From NCBI RefSeq assembly GCF_001194135.2, contig NC_068981.1:106661628-106725627 (forward strand): DNA of 64,000 nt, written 5' to 3'. Positions 12,286-27,041 of this stretch are shown in pieces. The notes under the pieces are model-generated. The model saw only the letters and a list, made by a program, of their open reading frames with translations. It ran no database searches and had not been told where the DNA came from. The position numbers and the translations under genes are program-made. How positions within the stretch are numbered: the stretch's first letter is position 1; each line of letters starts with the position of its first letter. The DNA comes from Octopus bimaculoides. Its lineage: Eukaryota.

Positions 12286-13348
12286 GTGCTGAGTGCAAAA
12301 CGTTTTATGAATGACCTGAAAGAGAAAATTTTCAACCAGCCAATATCTTGAAAATCAGGATGAGCTTCATCCAACACATGAAATCTGTTAAAGATAAAAT
12401 ATTTAACGCAGGTAGTATTTTTAGCAGGTTTGACAGTTATTACAGTGTACATTCAATAATTTAAAAGACTTGCTTGAGTTAGGCAAATTATCTCTCTGTC
12501 CTGTAGAGTGAGAAATAGTCACTTTTTGATAGTATTACATTTACTTGTGATATCTTAATTTTGTGCTTTTAACTTTTTTTTTGTCTATTGTCTGGGCACT
12601 TTTCACATGATTTTTTCCCCCTCATACTTTTCATGTTAATGGAATCTCCATGTTTAGTCCAGAGTTCAAAAACCAAATACAAACATTTCTTTAAAGTAAT
12701 ATTATGTTTGAAATTCTTCAAGACTGAAATTTTAAATAGAGTAATCTGTTTTAAATAATTATTAAGAAAAGATTTTTCATTTTTCTAAGAATAGAAACCG
12801 ACATGTACAAAGGCAGAGTAAGGAAATCATACTAATTTTGTGCAAAAATTATTTACAACCTAAGCAAAAACTACTGCTGTTAACAGCTGGGAGCAGTTTT
12901 TAAATCCTGTTTAATGAAAGTTCTGAAATATGGCTGTTAAAACTTGTGCAAACTAACTTCAGTTATTCATATCTTCAGTAATGTCATGTGAATTTTTTTT
13001 AGTGGTTCCCAATTCTAATGATTTTTTTCTTTTGTTCTACTTTTGCTTTTGATTATATTCATAAGATTCTATAACTATGCTTATCAATGTAATTAATATA
13101 TATAATGTAAATATATACACACACAGTGTTTTGCTATAAAATCTATTTGTATGTGTGTGTGTGTGCACGCATACACACACACACATATATGAGTATGATG
13201 CAGTCCTTGGACTCATCAAGTCCTGTCAAGCTGTCCAAGTCAGTAAGTTAGTCTTGCATGGAATATGGACATTAAATGATGATAATGATTGTATGTATAT
13301 ATATATAATCATGTTTTTGTAGACTAAAGTATGTGATTCTTACCACAG

Positions 13349-13427
13349 GAGAAAGTTATTCAGTGATGCTTCTCTAAGCCAAACTGAAAATGGAGATTAT
13401 CCAAAGGAAAATAGCATAGGCAATAGT
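13349..13427 (+). CDS. Candidate coding exon (RKLFSDASLSQTENGDYPKENSIGNS), phase 2 to 0
   Basis: Acceptor ttcttaccacag, donor gtaagt, only one open frame. Confidence 0.5.
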
Positions 13428-16025
13428 GTAAGTTGTAAGTCTTTTTAAGTTATAGCTTACACTACAGGTTTAATTGTACCACTTGCTCATCTATCAACCT
13501 GGGTCTTCAGATTTCACAAAACATCCAACTAAAACCTGCAATGCACCCCACTCACTCACCTCTGCAAAATATTTTCATTCGCTTTTGCTTACTGTATTAA
13601 TTCACAACTAGATTCACACCTACTTTTGTCTCTGGTGTCTTGTAGTAGTTTAAAAAGAGAATTGACACCCAAAATTACTGCTTTTTATTTCTGATACCTA
13701 ATGTATAAAATTAATTCCATTTTTTTTTTTATCATGAGAATGTAAGAAGGCTGGAACATGTCTATTTTATAACAGTTCCTTCATTCATAAAATCTCTTTA
13801 CAGTATAGATGATAGTCTATGGTATTTGCACCAAGAGCTTTAATCTGTGACCCGTAATAGTTTACTGTAGAAACAGACTTGAAAGTAGCAGTTTGCTGTC
13901 TTCTCTTGTTGCAATGTAACATTGTATAGTGCTGTAGATTTGTTAACATTGACAACTGTTCATTTTAGTATTAATTAATGAAATAGAATTATTCTTGTCG
14001 TCAGCTTAGTTTATTAATATTCTCATGATTATTAACATATTCATGCAGTGAATTTATCATCTTTGATGCTGAAAATGAAGTATTTTGAGGGAATAAGAAT
14101 AGTGTTGTATAAGACAGCATTTGATATTATTTATATCAATTAATTCCTATTGATAATAAATTTTTGTTTATATTCAGATGTTATAAATTTTGTTTTATTA
14201 CTGTTTTACATTCATTTTTCTATGTTGCTTTATTGCGCATATTAAAGTATGTTAGAAGCAAATATTTTCTACTGCTAGATACCCTTCTTTTTATCAACAA
14301 AGTAAGAAAAGTATTTTCTGTCACTGATACATTGAGATTCCATTCTTGTAGAATCTTTTGTAGTTTAGTAAAAGGTGCCTTTGTGTGAATTAGTTTAATG
14401 TAGGGTAAACTGTTTACAACTAACACAACATGCACTTCATGATCATAACCAAAATTTAAGTTTGTATTGGTGATTAAGATCATTTGTGTGCTCTGTCTGA
14501 GATGGCCATACTACAGTGCTTTTTTTAGGTCCTCAGAGTTTAAATCAAAACTACTTACAACCGTACAAATTTTGAATATATAGTACTGCCTCTGTTAGCT
14601 GTGGCAAGTTTCTCCTTCTCTGGGTGAACCATTTGAGTTAGGTGTCAAAGGGGACAATATACTGTGGTGTTATCTCTGCTCTCACTGCAAAAGAATAATC
14701 TATTTTAACTGCACACTATCTATTCTGAGACTTGAACACTTAGCCATATCAGTTATTTATCATCTTATAATCAAATGTGTTCCTGATAATGATACTAGAA
14801 AATTACTTCAGTTCTTTATTTTAGTCATATTAAAATACATCTATTGTAAAAGGCACATAGTTTGGCTGTCACTGGCTGCCTCATTTTTCTTAATTATTCA
14901 CACACAAAAGCTAATGTACTCTAGTGTTAATGATGTATATGCAGACAAGAATGTTTAGATATTAAGATTGGAAATATGCTGCGTTTCTAAGGTGTCTGTC
15001 TATTTCATACTGAAATTGCCTGTGAAATTATCAAAGCAACAAATATTACTGAAGTTGCAAAATATTTATTTCTGTATCAAAATGAATCTGCTGCCAACCT
15101 GAGTTCTTGAATAGCAGCTTAGGTTTGCTGTCATACTTGATGAATGAATAAGGGTAATGAAAATGTGTTGTTGGCTATAAATACTGATGAAAAAAATAAA
15201 AAAACAGTCCATCATATACTTGATTAAGCAAGTCTCTTTACTCTTCTTATCTTTATTTGAAAAGTACTTGTTCTCAGTGACATAACATTCATGTGAAAAT
15301 AGGTTATACTGAACCATATGAGATAAACTTAAATGTGGGCTTATAAATGATATTGTATTTGAAATGACAGTCTACTTTTACATAAGATGAGGAATACATA
15401 GAAACAGTGTATAAGGATGTTAGTAGTACATGTCAAATACATATTGCTATCAGTTCTGCTAGTAGATGGAAATGCTGGAACTTCAGAGTGCATTCAGTTT
15501 TTGAAGGTTCTTTGAAAATAATCCAATTTTGTAGATTTGATTAACTCACAACAGTGTAGAAAATAGTTGTAAGAAAGATATAGAGAGATATATTTTGAAG
15601 ACAGCTTTGATTGATTTTACACTGAAAGGAAGTGAGATTAATATAAGTTGAAATAAAAATTATTTAATGAGATAGGCTTATGATATTTGAAGATAGTAAA
15701 CATTTGAAATGCAATTGTTTTGTAGTTGATGATAGTACTGTATATAATCTATTTGTATATTGCTAATAAACACCAAAGTATGATATAATTGGAGTTTTTC
15801 TTAGTAAGCAAAATTGTTACAAAATTATTTTGTAATATTTGCAAAAACGGAATATCTAAACATTTTTATATATTTATAGAAATGTTGTTTACATATGCAT
15901 TATTTAAAAATAAAAACGAAAGATGGATGCAATATTTAAGAAAAATATTTGTGTAAACATCTTTGGTAATTTAAAAACAAACCTACTTATCTCTATTTTC
16001 AAAAGAAGTATGTTTATTATTTATT

Positions 16026-16026
<1 letters not shown>

Positions 16027-16068
<42 letters not shown>
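16027..16068. repeat. (GA)n microsatellite
   Basis: Directly visible. Confidence 0.95.
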
Positions 16069-16071
<3 letters not shown>

Positions 16072-16571
16072 TAAAAGATTGAGAAACCTAAGAATCTTCA
16101 AAACACACCATGAATTGTTTTTATGTGAAAGTATTTGTGTATGTGTACATGCATGCTCACTCTTATCAGTTGCATTTCTTTTCTTTCTTCATACAAGCAG
16201 AGATTGGATATTTTCTTGCAATATTTGGGACTTCTATTTTAATACCAAATACAATTAATCTTGTCCACATTATATGGGGTATGCTTCATGTATGAAGTTA
16301 ATAAGATTGAAATATCATCATGGAGTTGTCATCAGTATTTGTTGGAAAACACGACATTGACTAATATTTTTTCCAACCTTTTTTTTATATTCCATTGCAT
16401 TGACTGTTAATGCATGGAACATAAAAATGTTAACACACAATTGTGGTAGCACTTAGCTATTGTATAGCCTATGTTGACAATGTTTGTTTCTATCATCATA
16501 CTTAATGAAGGGCTTTGTTCTGGGTTTTTGAATTGACAGTGGTGATTGTAACATAACTTTATATATATATA

Positions 16572-17297
16572 TCATCATTACTTAACGCCCGCTTTCCATG
16601 CTAGCATGGGTTGGACGATTTGACTGAGGACTGGTGAACCAGATGGCTACACCAGGCTCCAATCTGATTTGGCAGAGTTTCTACAGCTGGATGCCCTTCC
16701 TAACGCCAACCACTCCGAGAGTGTAGTGGATGCTTTTATGTGCCACCGGCACGAAGGCCAGTCAGGCGGTACTGGCAACGGCCATGCTCAAAATGGTGTA
16801 TTTTACATACCACCTGCACAGGAGCCAGTCCAGCGGCACTGGCAACGATCTCACTCAAATGTCTTTTCATGTGCGACCGGCACAAGTGCCAGGAAGGCGA
16901 CGACGGTGGTAATGATCACACTCAAATTGTGCTCTTTATGTGCCACCGGCATGGAAGCCAGACAGCTGCTCTGGCAACGATCACACTCGAACGGTGTTCT
17001 TAGCGCTCCACAGGTGCCATCACGATTTCACTTTCGCTTGCCCTAACAGGTCTTCGCAAGCCCGGTTTAGTGTCCAATGAAGGAGATGTTGGTATGGGTG
17101 CCAGTTGTCAAATTTAGTTCGATTTTGATTTCACTTGCTTCAACAGGTCTTCGCAAGCGGAGTTTAGTGTCCAATGAAGGAAAGGTACACATAAGTGGGC
17201 TGACTACATCTCTGGCAGAGGCCTAGGATTTTGGTCTCACTTGGCTTGCCGGGTCTTCTCATGCACAGCATATTTCCAAAGGTCTCGGTCAGAAGTC

Positions 17298-17300
<3 letters not shown>
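16572..17300 (-). mobile_element. 5'-truncated RTE-type LINE 3' end (~730 bp), relatively young
   Basis: (ATG)n tail and terminal module on the minus strand. 17220-17300 is homologous to the sequence following the RTE C-terminal ORF at 56060-56140. CpGs are retained and both flanks are (TA)n. Confidence 0.8.
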
Positions 17301-17351
<51 letters not shown>

Positions 17352-19634
17352 GCACACATACACACATACACTCAGTGTATGTATAATAAAATATAAATTT
17401 ATTTTATAAAATATATATACGTTTAGTATGTCTGATGTGAATGTGTGTGAAAGGGAAGGATTGGAAAGTTATGTTAAAAAAGGAGATAATTCCTGAGCAA
17501 TGCACGTTCAATATACAAGTGAAGGTGATATGTGGAGCTGTGGATTTCATGATTCTAATGCAGCAAAGTGAATTAAAGTGTAGAACCAAGATTGAAAATA
17601 TTGGTTGAATTTCACTACATTGAAAGTAGAGCAAGAAATAAAACATTTAGTAAACAATTTTCAGTTGGCACCAATGAATTCTACCCTGCTGAAAGAAAGC
17701 TTTCTTCTGTAGAATCTAGAGGGAGTTACTTTATTAATATTAGTGAAATGAAATTCAGAATAATGAAGGTTGTTATTGAAAATTAATATGATTGGTTTCT
17801 TCTCTGCTGTTTTTTCTTTTACTTTCTTACAGATTGTGATCTTAACAGCATAGCACATTTTTTAAAGTCTAATGCTGGTCATATCACTCTGTATTGTAAT
17901 ATAATCTCACTGCTATTCTCCGTGAAAGCACTATTTTGATATGTACATATGCATAATTATATTTCTGAAATTTCTTGATTGCATTTCTTTTATGTCTAGT
18001 TTTGAGAAACTCTATAGAGGTTTTGCTTCTTCACTCTTGTCATTTAAAACTCATTTCATTGTTGAGAAATACAAAGGTGATAGACCAATGGAAGTACCTC
18101 TGTGAAGTTGTTTGATGTACTAGAAATAGTTGCCAAATTTTGTTGAATTCACACCCTACTTTATGAGAAAGACAGACAGATTGCTTACAGCCGAACTGTC
18201 TTTGATCATAGTTCTGTTCAGTCAGCTGATTCTTTCAGAACTGATTCACACATGTGCTCAAGTCCTACCATATTATCATTCCATTTACTTTATTACCTGT
18301 GCTTGCTCACTGTCAGGCAAATAGACAGCCAACAAACTATTTTCTTTTTTAACATTTAATTAAAATATTTTCATGGTCAGATTCAATTTTCAATACTTAC
18401 AGGTTTAGTAAAGTAAAAAGTGTTAAATAAAAAAAAAAAAAAAAAAAAAAAAGGCAACAACAGTGAAAGAGCTAGAGTGTAGTTTTGAATGAATGAACTA
18501 TGTTAATCATGTTAATATTTTCAATTGGAGTGACAGAGGTATTGTGTTGCATCCTTTGCTGAAACAGGATGCTATTTTCCTCAATCTCCCAAATTACACT
18601 TAAATTTTTACATTTACAAGCTTATCCCAGTCGTACCAGTATGGAAGATAAGATATAAAACATACAAGATGCTATCTTTTGCTAATTAAATATGTAGTTA
18701 TTTTCAAAACAGATTTCATATCAATGAGTTAATTATCATTAATTAGCATTATCTATTACTGAGAAAAGTTAAAATATTCAATGCTGATTGAAATCTGGTT
18801 TCAGTGATTTTTTTTTCCTTTTTTCTTGTGATCAGTGCGAAAGTAGAAGAAACCATAGGTTTTGCTAATATTTTTAAATAGCTTATTCTGTTTAGTATTG
18901 CTAAAATGCCACAGAGCTTGCAATAAAACCCACTATTTTCTCATGCTGTTTTAATTTGAAAGTTCCGTACTCAGTCAACTATTACTGAGGCAAGTTATTT
19001 TGCATCAGTTACTCTATTGATATCAGAAATCAATAGCAACACATTGTTTTAAAAGGGTTTATTACATTATCTTAATTTCCATTGTTCATATGTGTCTGAT
19101 TTCAGCAGGCAACTAATTATCATATTTATTCCTGTATTATTTTTTGGTAGCTTCTGCATAGACATTTGATATTAGATTTGAGAATCTATTTTCTTTCCTA
19201 TATGCATACACTTTCGAAAAAAATGATTCAGTTTAAAGTTAGATTACCCAAAAGGTAATTTTTAGATTTAAAAACTGAAAAATAGAGATTAACATCTATA
19301 TTTTTTTAGTTCTTAAATCAACCCTCTCTTTAGGTATTTACTCTTTCAATTCAAATAAATGACTCTTAAAAAATAATTTTACAAATGTCAGGTTTCAAAA
19401 TTATTGGTTGCTGTTAATTGCATTTAAATGGTAAGCACACGTTCTTTAGTTCGGAAGCTTTTCTTTAGTGGTTTGTTAATTTTGGTAAGAAGGGTCAGTG
19501 AAACAAAACCCTTTTAATCCCTTCTATTAATATTCTCAGACGTATTCTACAACAAACAGCTTTTATATCCTCATTGTTAGCAATAAAATATTTAGGACGT
19601 CTTTCATTTTAAAACATTGTGTATGCGTGTAAAG

Positions 19635-19790
19635 CCATGGGCATAGCTGTGGGATTAAGAAGTTAATTTGTAACCATATGGTTTCAGGTTCATTTCCAGT
19701 GTGTGACACTTTAAAGAAGTGTCTTCTATAGCCCCAGGCTTGTGAATGGATTTGGTAGATGGAAACAAGAAAAGGCATGTGATATGTAGA
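19635..19790 (+). mobile_element. tRNA-derived SINE family A, 5' half
   Basis: Homologous to 52039-52210. Confidence 0.75.
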
Positions 19791-20384
19791 TTTTGGATAC
19801 TTTATTGGATTTATTTTCGGTTGAGTTTTTCACTTGTTTTGGTCAAATTTTCCATTTTTTGAAAAATTGTTGTTAAGACAGAAAATGGGAGGGTTTGGTC
19901 ATGTTAGAACACCCTAGCATGCAACTACTAACAAATATACTAAAATGACGATAAGGTAGGTGTTTGAGCAACATTAGGGAATAGACAGGGAGGAAGATGG
20001 TGGATGACTTGAGACTGATTGATGATAGGTAAAAATGGAGAGAAGGGCTTGTGCCTTGTTCCAGTGTCTTTGTTAAATTTATTTGATTGAATGTTTGGCT
20101 TGAAAAAAAAAAAAAGGCTTGTTCTTAGTCAAAATACAGTAATGTTTTTGAGAGTTTGTATTATTCATTCCTTTGATTTAACATTACATGTTGCACTTTT
20201 TTTTATGTTATGCAAACTAAATCTTGTTTCTTTCTGTTTAATGATTCCTTGTTAAATTTTGTGTTTCTGTGTAGGATATCAAGCCTTACAGAGACTGAGT
20301 TTAGTGGTAATCTGCTATGATGTAGATCCAACCAATCTGTCACCATGGAAAATACTGATATTAAAACAATGTGTGTGTATGTAG

Positions 20385-20600
20385 GTAGGTAGGGACATAA
20401 CTGTGGGGTTAAGAAGTACACTTTGCAACCATATGGTCTCCAATTTCAGTCCCACTCTGTTGGACCAGACACAAATGTCTTTTACAATAGCCCCAGGCAA
20501 ACCAAAGCCTTGTGAGTGGATTTGGTAGATGGAAACAGTAAAAGGCCTGTGATATGTATGTATGCATATATGTATGTAGTGTGTGTGTGTGTGTGTGTGC
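20385..20600 (+). mobile_element. tRNA-derived SINE family A, 5' half
   Basis: CCAAAGCCTTGTGAGTGGATTTGGTAGATGGAAAC followed by a (TA/TG)n tract. Confidence 0.75.
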
Positions 20601-20894
20601 ATTTGCACTCTACAAAAGTTGTGAACTATAGACAACGCTGTCAACAGATCATCTGTTTGCTTCATGCCTTTGAAGATGAGTGAAATAAGAGTTAATGACA
20701 TGAAAGGTCCTCTAGCTTCAAAACAATGCCTCTGTAATATATTTATGTAACCCATGCGAGCATAGAAAAATGGATGTTATAAAACAAACATCTATGTAAT
20801 GTTTTACACAAGAGAACAAAATTATAGAGACACTTCTTTATAATCATTTTCCTTTTGTGTGTGAAAAGTGTTAAGCTTTGATTTATGTATGTAT

Positions 20895-20925
<31 letters not shown>

Positions 20926-21984
20926 TGAAGCTATATATGGCACTCATTCCTACTATCTTGATGTTTTCTGCAATTCATGAGATATTAATAATCATATATA
21001 TAAGCAGAATATCTTTCTGAAAACTCTAAAAGTATTTTGCTCTATCTTTTACTTGAGGTTTGATATCATGTAATTTCTCATTAGAATTGGTTGTGTATAA
21101 TTTTATTTTATTCTTAACTCTATTTTTTATGATTTTTTTTTTTTTTTGCTTTTCTGTAATTTCTATTGTCAGGAAAGAATATGTTAGCTTATGAATTCAT
21201 ATAGATTTCATAAGAGATGCTATTCTTACATTATATCATCAAATCCCAAGGCATTAATTTAAGCAATTGATATCAACTAATATTAATTAGCTAGCGTATC
21301 TTAACTGCTTCAGAAGAAAATAGGGCCCAGATTTATTCAGTTATAGTATTGCACCTGTTCATTTAAGTGTCTGATGTAAACATTTCTTTGACATCATTTT
21401 TCATTGGTGGGTAGATGACAAGTAAAGGTAAAAATTTCATTATGATTTTAATTTTTTTATGTATGTTTTCTATAGTTATCTTTACATTGAATCTCAACTT
21501 CATGTGTCTTCCTGTTTTGCCAAATTCCATTTCTTATTAGTGTGGAGTTTGTCAGGCTTAATTTTTTTTTTCTGTTTATATTTGTTTGTTATTCAGTCAG
21601 TCTTCTTTATAAATTTGAATTTTATTCATTAGACAGCATTTGATAGTTTTCATTTTGAATACAAATTTTAATATATTGGATAAATGAAAGACTTGTAGTC
21701 ATTTTATATACAGGATTTTGATAACATTGTAAATTACCAATAATAATAAGCTTGACTCAAATGCTGTTTATCTTAGACTACTCCTCTTCTTGATTAATAG
21801 CAATCTTCAGTTCCCACTCGTCATAAAAGTTAAAATTTTATAGCAGTTATTTCCATGGAAGTGTGTGTCCTTAATTTAGCAGTTTAGTCTATTAAGATTT
21901 GTTTTCAGAGTTTGGAATTTGATCAAGTGGTAATCTGTACAAACCATAAAAACCACTAATATCATATTGGAAGAAAAAAACACT

Positions 21985-21990
21985 AATATA

Positions 21991-22035
<45 letters not shown>

Positions 22036-22076
22036 CATCGTTTAACATCCGCTTTCCATGCTAGCATGGGTTGGAC

Positions 22077-22108
<32 letters not shown>
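21985..22108. repeat. (TA)n tract interrupted by a 44-bp RTE 3' tip
   Basis: ATCATCGTTTAACATCCGCTTTCCATGCTAGCATGGGTTGGAC flanked by (TA)n on both sides. Confidence 0.85.
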
Positions 22109-22109
<1 letters not shown>

Positions 22110-22639
22110 GTCATAGTCAGAAGTGGTAGTGATATTCAAAAAGATATTTTATTTACATTTGTTATTTCAGTAGATAAACTTTCAATATTTTCCATTACTG
22201 CTTATCTTTCAATTAATTTGAATCCACTTTGCTATATATTCTTTCAGCTGACAATGATATGTTTATAGTAATATATTTTAATTCTTCTTTAATAGTAGTG
22301 ATAAATACTACTCTTTTGTGAAAATGTTGATCAAAATGATAGTTTGTAGTAATTTAAGATTCATTCTAAATGCTAATTTATCAGTTTTTATTATGAGAAT
22401 AAATCTGTAAACTGTTATTGCAAATGAAAATTGTTTAGTCACATGGTGTTAGTGATAGTATGATTTTCAGTTGAACTTTCTCAAGATTCTATATTCTCAT
22501 TCGAAATACAAATATTTATTACACAGCTTATAATAAGTGTATTAAAAGTAGTTAACAATATAACTGTGAAAATAGCAGGAGAATATAATCTGAAATTGAA
22601 TAGGTTTGCGACATTTGTAAATATTAATGTGATTATGAG

Positions 22640-23080
22640 GAAGAGAATTTGGATAAACTAAGAAGCTTGGTGAGAATCAAAGATAGAAAATAATTTCAGA
22701 AAAAAATATGAAGATAGCGTAGAAATGATAGCAGACAAGATTATGGAAACTGCATATTTAAATATCATTTAAATTGGCCTGCCTTATCATGCAGAATGAG
22801 ATTAAACAGAAATTCAATGATGTGTAAAATGGTTACACAAATGCTGCTTTGTGATCTCTGGTAGACTGATAGGGAATCAAAACTTTAGGTGCACCAAATG
22901 CACTGGAGTAGTGAATGTTATGAACAGACACACTGCTATGTAATTATGGCTTGTTGAAAGTAGAGGAAAATTCTGTTAGAGCAAGAATAGATTTGAGATG
23001 GAGGGAAATAATTCAGAGAATTGTTGTTCTTGTTTCCCTTGTAGAACTTATGACCGTTATGCCTGTATAATCAATGTGTC
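22640..23080 (+). mobile_element. Old RTE-like LINE ORF fragment
   Basis: Broken frames resemble RTE motifs (W.HKCC...GRL...F.CTKC; ARI...W...FRELL). Confidence 0.4.
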
Positions 23081-23414
23081 TTCTGTTAAGGGAAGTTTAA
23101 CTGCTATTTCTAGCATTTCAAAGCTCCCCCAGAGAACTGATGTTTTTGTTGGCAATAAGGAATTCAACTTTCTCTCTCTCTCTCGTTGTGTGGGGGCAGA
23201 CATATGTGGTACATGTAAAAATTGTGAGACCTCAAGGCTGTAAAAAGAATTGGGGGCAATTATATATAGAGTAATGAAGGTATTTTAGATGGGTAAAAAG
23301 TTAAGCACAACTACATTAATGAGCATTTAGAAATTGACTGATGTATAAAATAAAGATAATTACACTTATTGATATATATGTATGAGTGGATGCATATTGT
23401 TATATTCAACTCAC

Positions 23415-23880
23415 AAGGCTGTGGCCGGCCTATGGCAAAAGACCTGAGCAAGTATTTTCTGCTATAGTCTCTTGCTAACCAAAGCCTTGCATGTGAATTT
23501 AGTAGATGGAAACTGAAAGAAGCCCATCATGTGTGTGCACACACTCGTGTGTATATCTTTTATATTTTATTTGTTTCAGTCATTTGATTGTGGCCATGCT
23601 GGGGCATCGTCTTGAAGGGTTTTAATTGAATAAATCAACCCCAGTACTTATTTCAATTTTTAAACCTGAAACATATTCTATCAGTTCTCTTGCTGATCTG
23701 CTAAGTTATGGGGACATAAGCAAACCAACACCAGTTGTCAAGTGGATGTGGGGACAAACACAAAGATACACAAAAATATATAACAGGTTTTATTTAGTTT
23801 CCATCTAACAAATCTTCTCACAAAGATTTAGCCAACCCAGAACCATGTAGTTGAGAGGTAAAGTTCTTACTACACCACCA
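23415..23880. mobile_element. Cluster of degenerate SINE family A pieces in both orientations
   Basis: Homology to segments of 52039-52450. Confidence 0.65.
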
Positions 23881-24499
23881 CATTTATTTGTTGGCATTAT
23901 ATCTATAATAATAAAAGCAACATACTGTCTGTCCATCTGGGACCCCTGTATATCAGTCTACGTTTGCTCTACATAGACATATTATACCTTTTTGGAATTA
24001 GGATGATCCCAGGATTGAAAATCTGCTCTTCATTTGGTTCTTGAACATCCAGCATTGGGATCTGATTTAAAAGCATTTGGGTTGCTATTTCTAGCAGGTA
24101 AAGCTTGGCTGATTCATGTCATCTTGGTTGGCATTTGTCAGATAACGCCAGAAATCTAGTGGGAGATAAATGGCATTTGCTTCATTACATTGAGATAAGA
24201 ACTTTGGGACAAATTGGCCAACAGCTGGAATTCAACTTGGGACTGGAACAATAAAATGATTCCATTACTGAATTAATTCTTATCTGTCTTTAACCTCTCA
24301 TCAAACACCACTGGGGCATATAGTCATTATAGATGTATTATTGTCATGTTATTTAGCTCTCTTTAGTTTTGGGCTGCAGGCCCAATTAGCCTTCCACAGG
24401 AGCTAGCTTAGAAGTCTGCACAGAGTGCTGCTTTTAAGCTAGTATGTGTGTGTGTGTGTTTGGGTGCATGTGTGTGTTTGGGTGCATGTGTGTGTTTGT

Positions 24500-24915
24500 G
24501 TCTCCTTGTCTTGACATCGTGATAATTTAAAATAATCGTTTTCGTGCGGGTGACACGTAAAAGCACCCACTACACTCTCTGAGTGGTTGGCGTTAGGAAG
24601 GGCATCCAGCTGTAGAAACTCTGCCAAATCAGACTGGAGCCTGGTGTTGCCATCCGGTTTCACCAGTCCTCAGTCAAATCGTCCAACCCATGCTAGCATG
24701 GAAAGCGGACGTTAAACGATGATGATGATGATGATGATCATCATCATACAAGCAGTATTTTTTTAAAATCTTCTGTGAAAGTGCATTCAACCCCAGGGAA
24801 GTAATACCTTGCTTGGAGATAAGTATGGGCATCTGGACATAGAAAATCTGCCTCAAGTTCTGTCAGACCCATGCAAGCATGGAAAAGTGGATGTTAAAAA
24901 TTGATGATGATGTGT
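24500..24915 (+). mobile_element. Two tandem RTE-type 3' terminal modules
   Basis: 24545-24745 is the reverse complement of 16572-16740, ending TAAACGATGATGATG. A second degenerate tip follows at 24790-24915. Confidence 0.8.
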
Positions 24916-26893
24916 GTGGAAGGATGCACATTTGTGTGTTTTTGCACCTAAGAAGAAATAGATCAAATTCAAAAGCATTAGATGACATGAGGTGAAAGAT
25001 GCTGTGTTGCATGTCTTTTTTAACTCATGCCACCATGATGGATATTTTATGAAAAATTGTCAGCTAGTTTTAAGGTGACAGTCTTAACTGATAGTATAAA
25101 TTTCAATAAAAATTTCTTTGACTTATGTCTCATAAAGTAGAATACATTAAGATATGAATACCCATTTCATTGGTTCTTCTGTACATCTTCTGATTTGCAC
25201 ATTGCAGCAGTTTCTTGTGTAGAAACATTTTATATGTGCCATTAGTGCATTGTTATCTGTTTCAGATGCCAACAGCTTTTGAGCTGATCATCTTATTGTT
25301 GCTTCCTAAATTGTAAATTTATGAAAAAACAGTGAAGTTTTCCATGACAGTTTCTTAGTATATTTATTCAGATTTGTGTATTGTTTTCCAAAATTTTTCA
25401 TGTCCTATAAGTTATCCTTGTTCTGCAGTGCTTATTTGGCTGATGTAGTTCAACCTGTCATTAGTGTGGATTTATACATTGACATAGTTTATTTAAATGC
25501 AGATTTATTATATGCTTGCAAACTTTGTTGCATTTTTGTACAGCAATATTCTTTTGTAAATTAATTTTGTCTCTCTCTTCTTTCTTTTTTTGGTAGATTG
25601 ATAATTATTGGGTTGAAATGATTTAATATGCTACATGTGTTTTCTGTAATACTATTTGTTGGTGATTAAAAAAAAAAACATTAAGGGTAATAATTATGTG
25701 AAAGCTTATGAAGTTCTTTTAATTTTTAAATTTGTTTTCCTTGTAGATCATTTAGTGGTTAATGTTTGAAGATTTCAAACCTTAGACTTTTTGCATAAGT
25801 GTAGTCAATTAAACCTGCCAAACTAATGATATATTAATGTTCCTTTAATGAAATTGGCTTAGATAATATATAAATATCTATCAGTATGTTTCATAGGATG
25901 GCCAGAATTTATCTCAACTTGTGAACTTTCCTAGAAAACTCTCTAAGTCAGAATCTAAGAGACTGAATATTATTTCATCTGGAACAATTTAGCTCTTCTT
26001 TTCTCTAAAATTAATAGTTGCCTAATTGATTAAAGGTGAGATGTAATATTGTTATTTTGTGGCATCATTGAAATTGCATCATTTCAAAGCATGTTCTGGA
26101 TAGGGACTCTGCAATATTGTCACTTTCTTTGCTTCTTGTTAACACTGGAAATAATGCCCTATGCCACTAGGAGCCTAACTAGTTAAAGTAGAAGGAAAGT
26201 TATTTTTACTTGGCCTTTTATCAGAATATTGATTTACGTTGATACAAAGTATGACTCTTGTGTAGTGTTTTCAAGAATTTTAGTGCTATAAATGCTGTGA
26301 AATGTCTTCAGCAGAGAATTGAAACCAGATTGTTATACTGATTTCTCAGGATTTTACTTTATGCACTCATCACAAACTCTGATGTCATAATAAAACTATT
26401 TGATTGTTGCTACACTTAAGAATTTTCCTTTACAGCCTAAGTCATTGATTATTCTCAGATGCTATGCATCCAGTAAGATTCCCACAGAAAGAACTATTTG
26501 TCATATTGCTATGATTTTTGTTCTTATTATTGGAACTCACCATTTATTTGTATTGTTGTCATTTGTCTATGTTTTACAAAAGACTAAATCATTTTATCTT
26601 CATGGAACATTTGGGTTTTTAGTTCATCTTTTCTCATTCTACATTTAATAAAGGGATAGAAAAATAACATTACTACTGATTTTTCCGTATCGATGAAAGG
26701 TTGAGAAGAGAAAAAAAGAAAAACTTTCAAATAATTTCAATACTGTTAGTCTGACCATAATGGCATCCCATGTAGAATAGCATTTGTTATAGCATTATTG
26801 ATCCATTATAGTAAAGCAATGTTATTGCTTTTGCTTTTAACTATACTTTGAATATTTCTGGCAAATCCAAGAAGTGTGTGTATTTATATATAT

Positions 26894-26969
26894 NNNNNNN
26901 NNNNNNNNNNNNNNNNNNNNNNNNNNNNNNNNNNNNNNNNNNNNNNNNNNNNNNNNNNNNNNNNNNNNN
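26894..26969. other. Assembly gap within a (TA)n/(CA)n microsatellite
   Basis: N run. Confidence 1.

Positions 26970-27041
<72 letters not shown>

Noticed and set aside
16669-17046. GC-rich 125-aa ORF and overlapping ORFs
   Set aside because: Antisense reading of a tandemly repeated RTE 3' UTR, not a gene.
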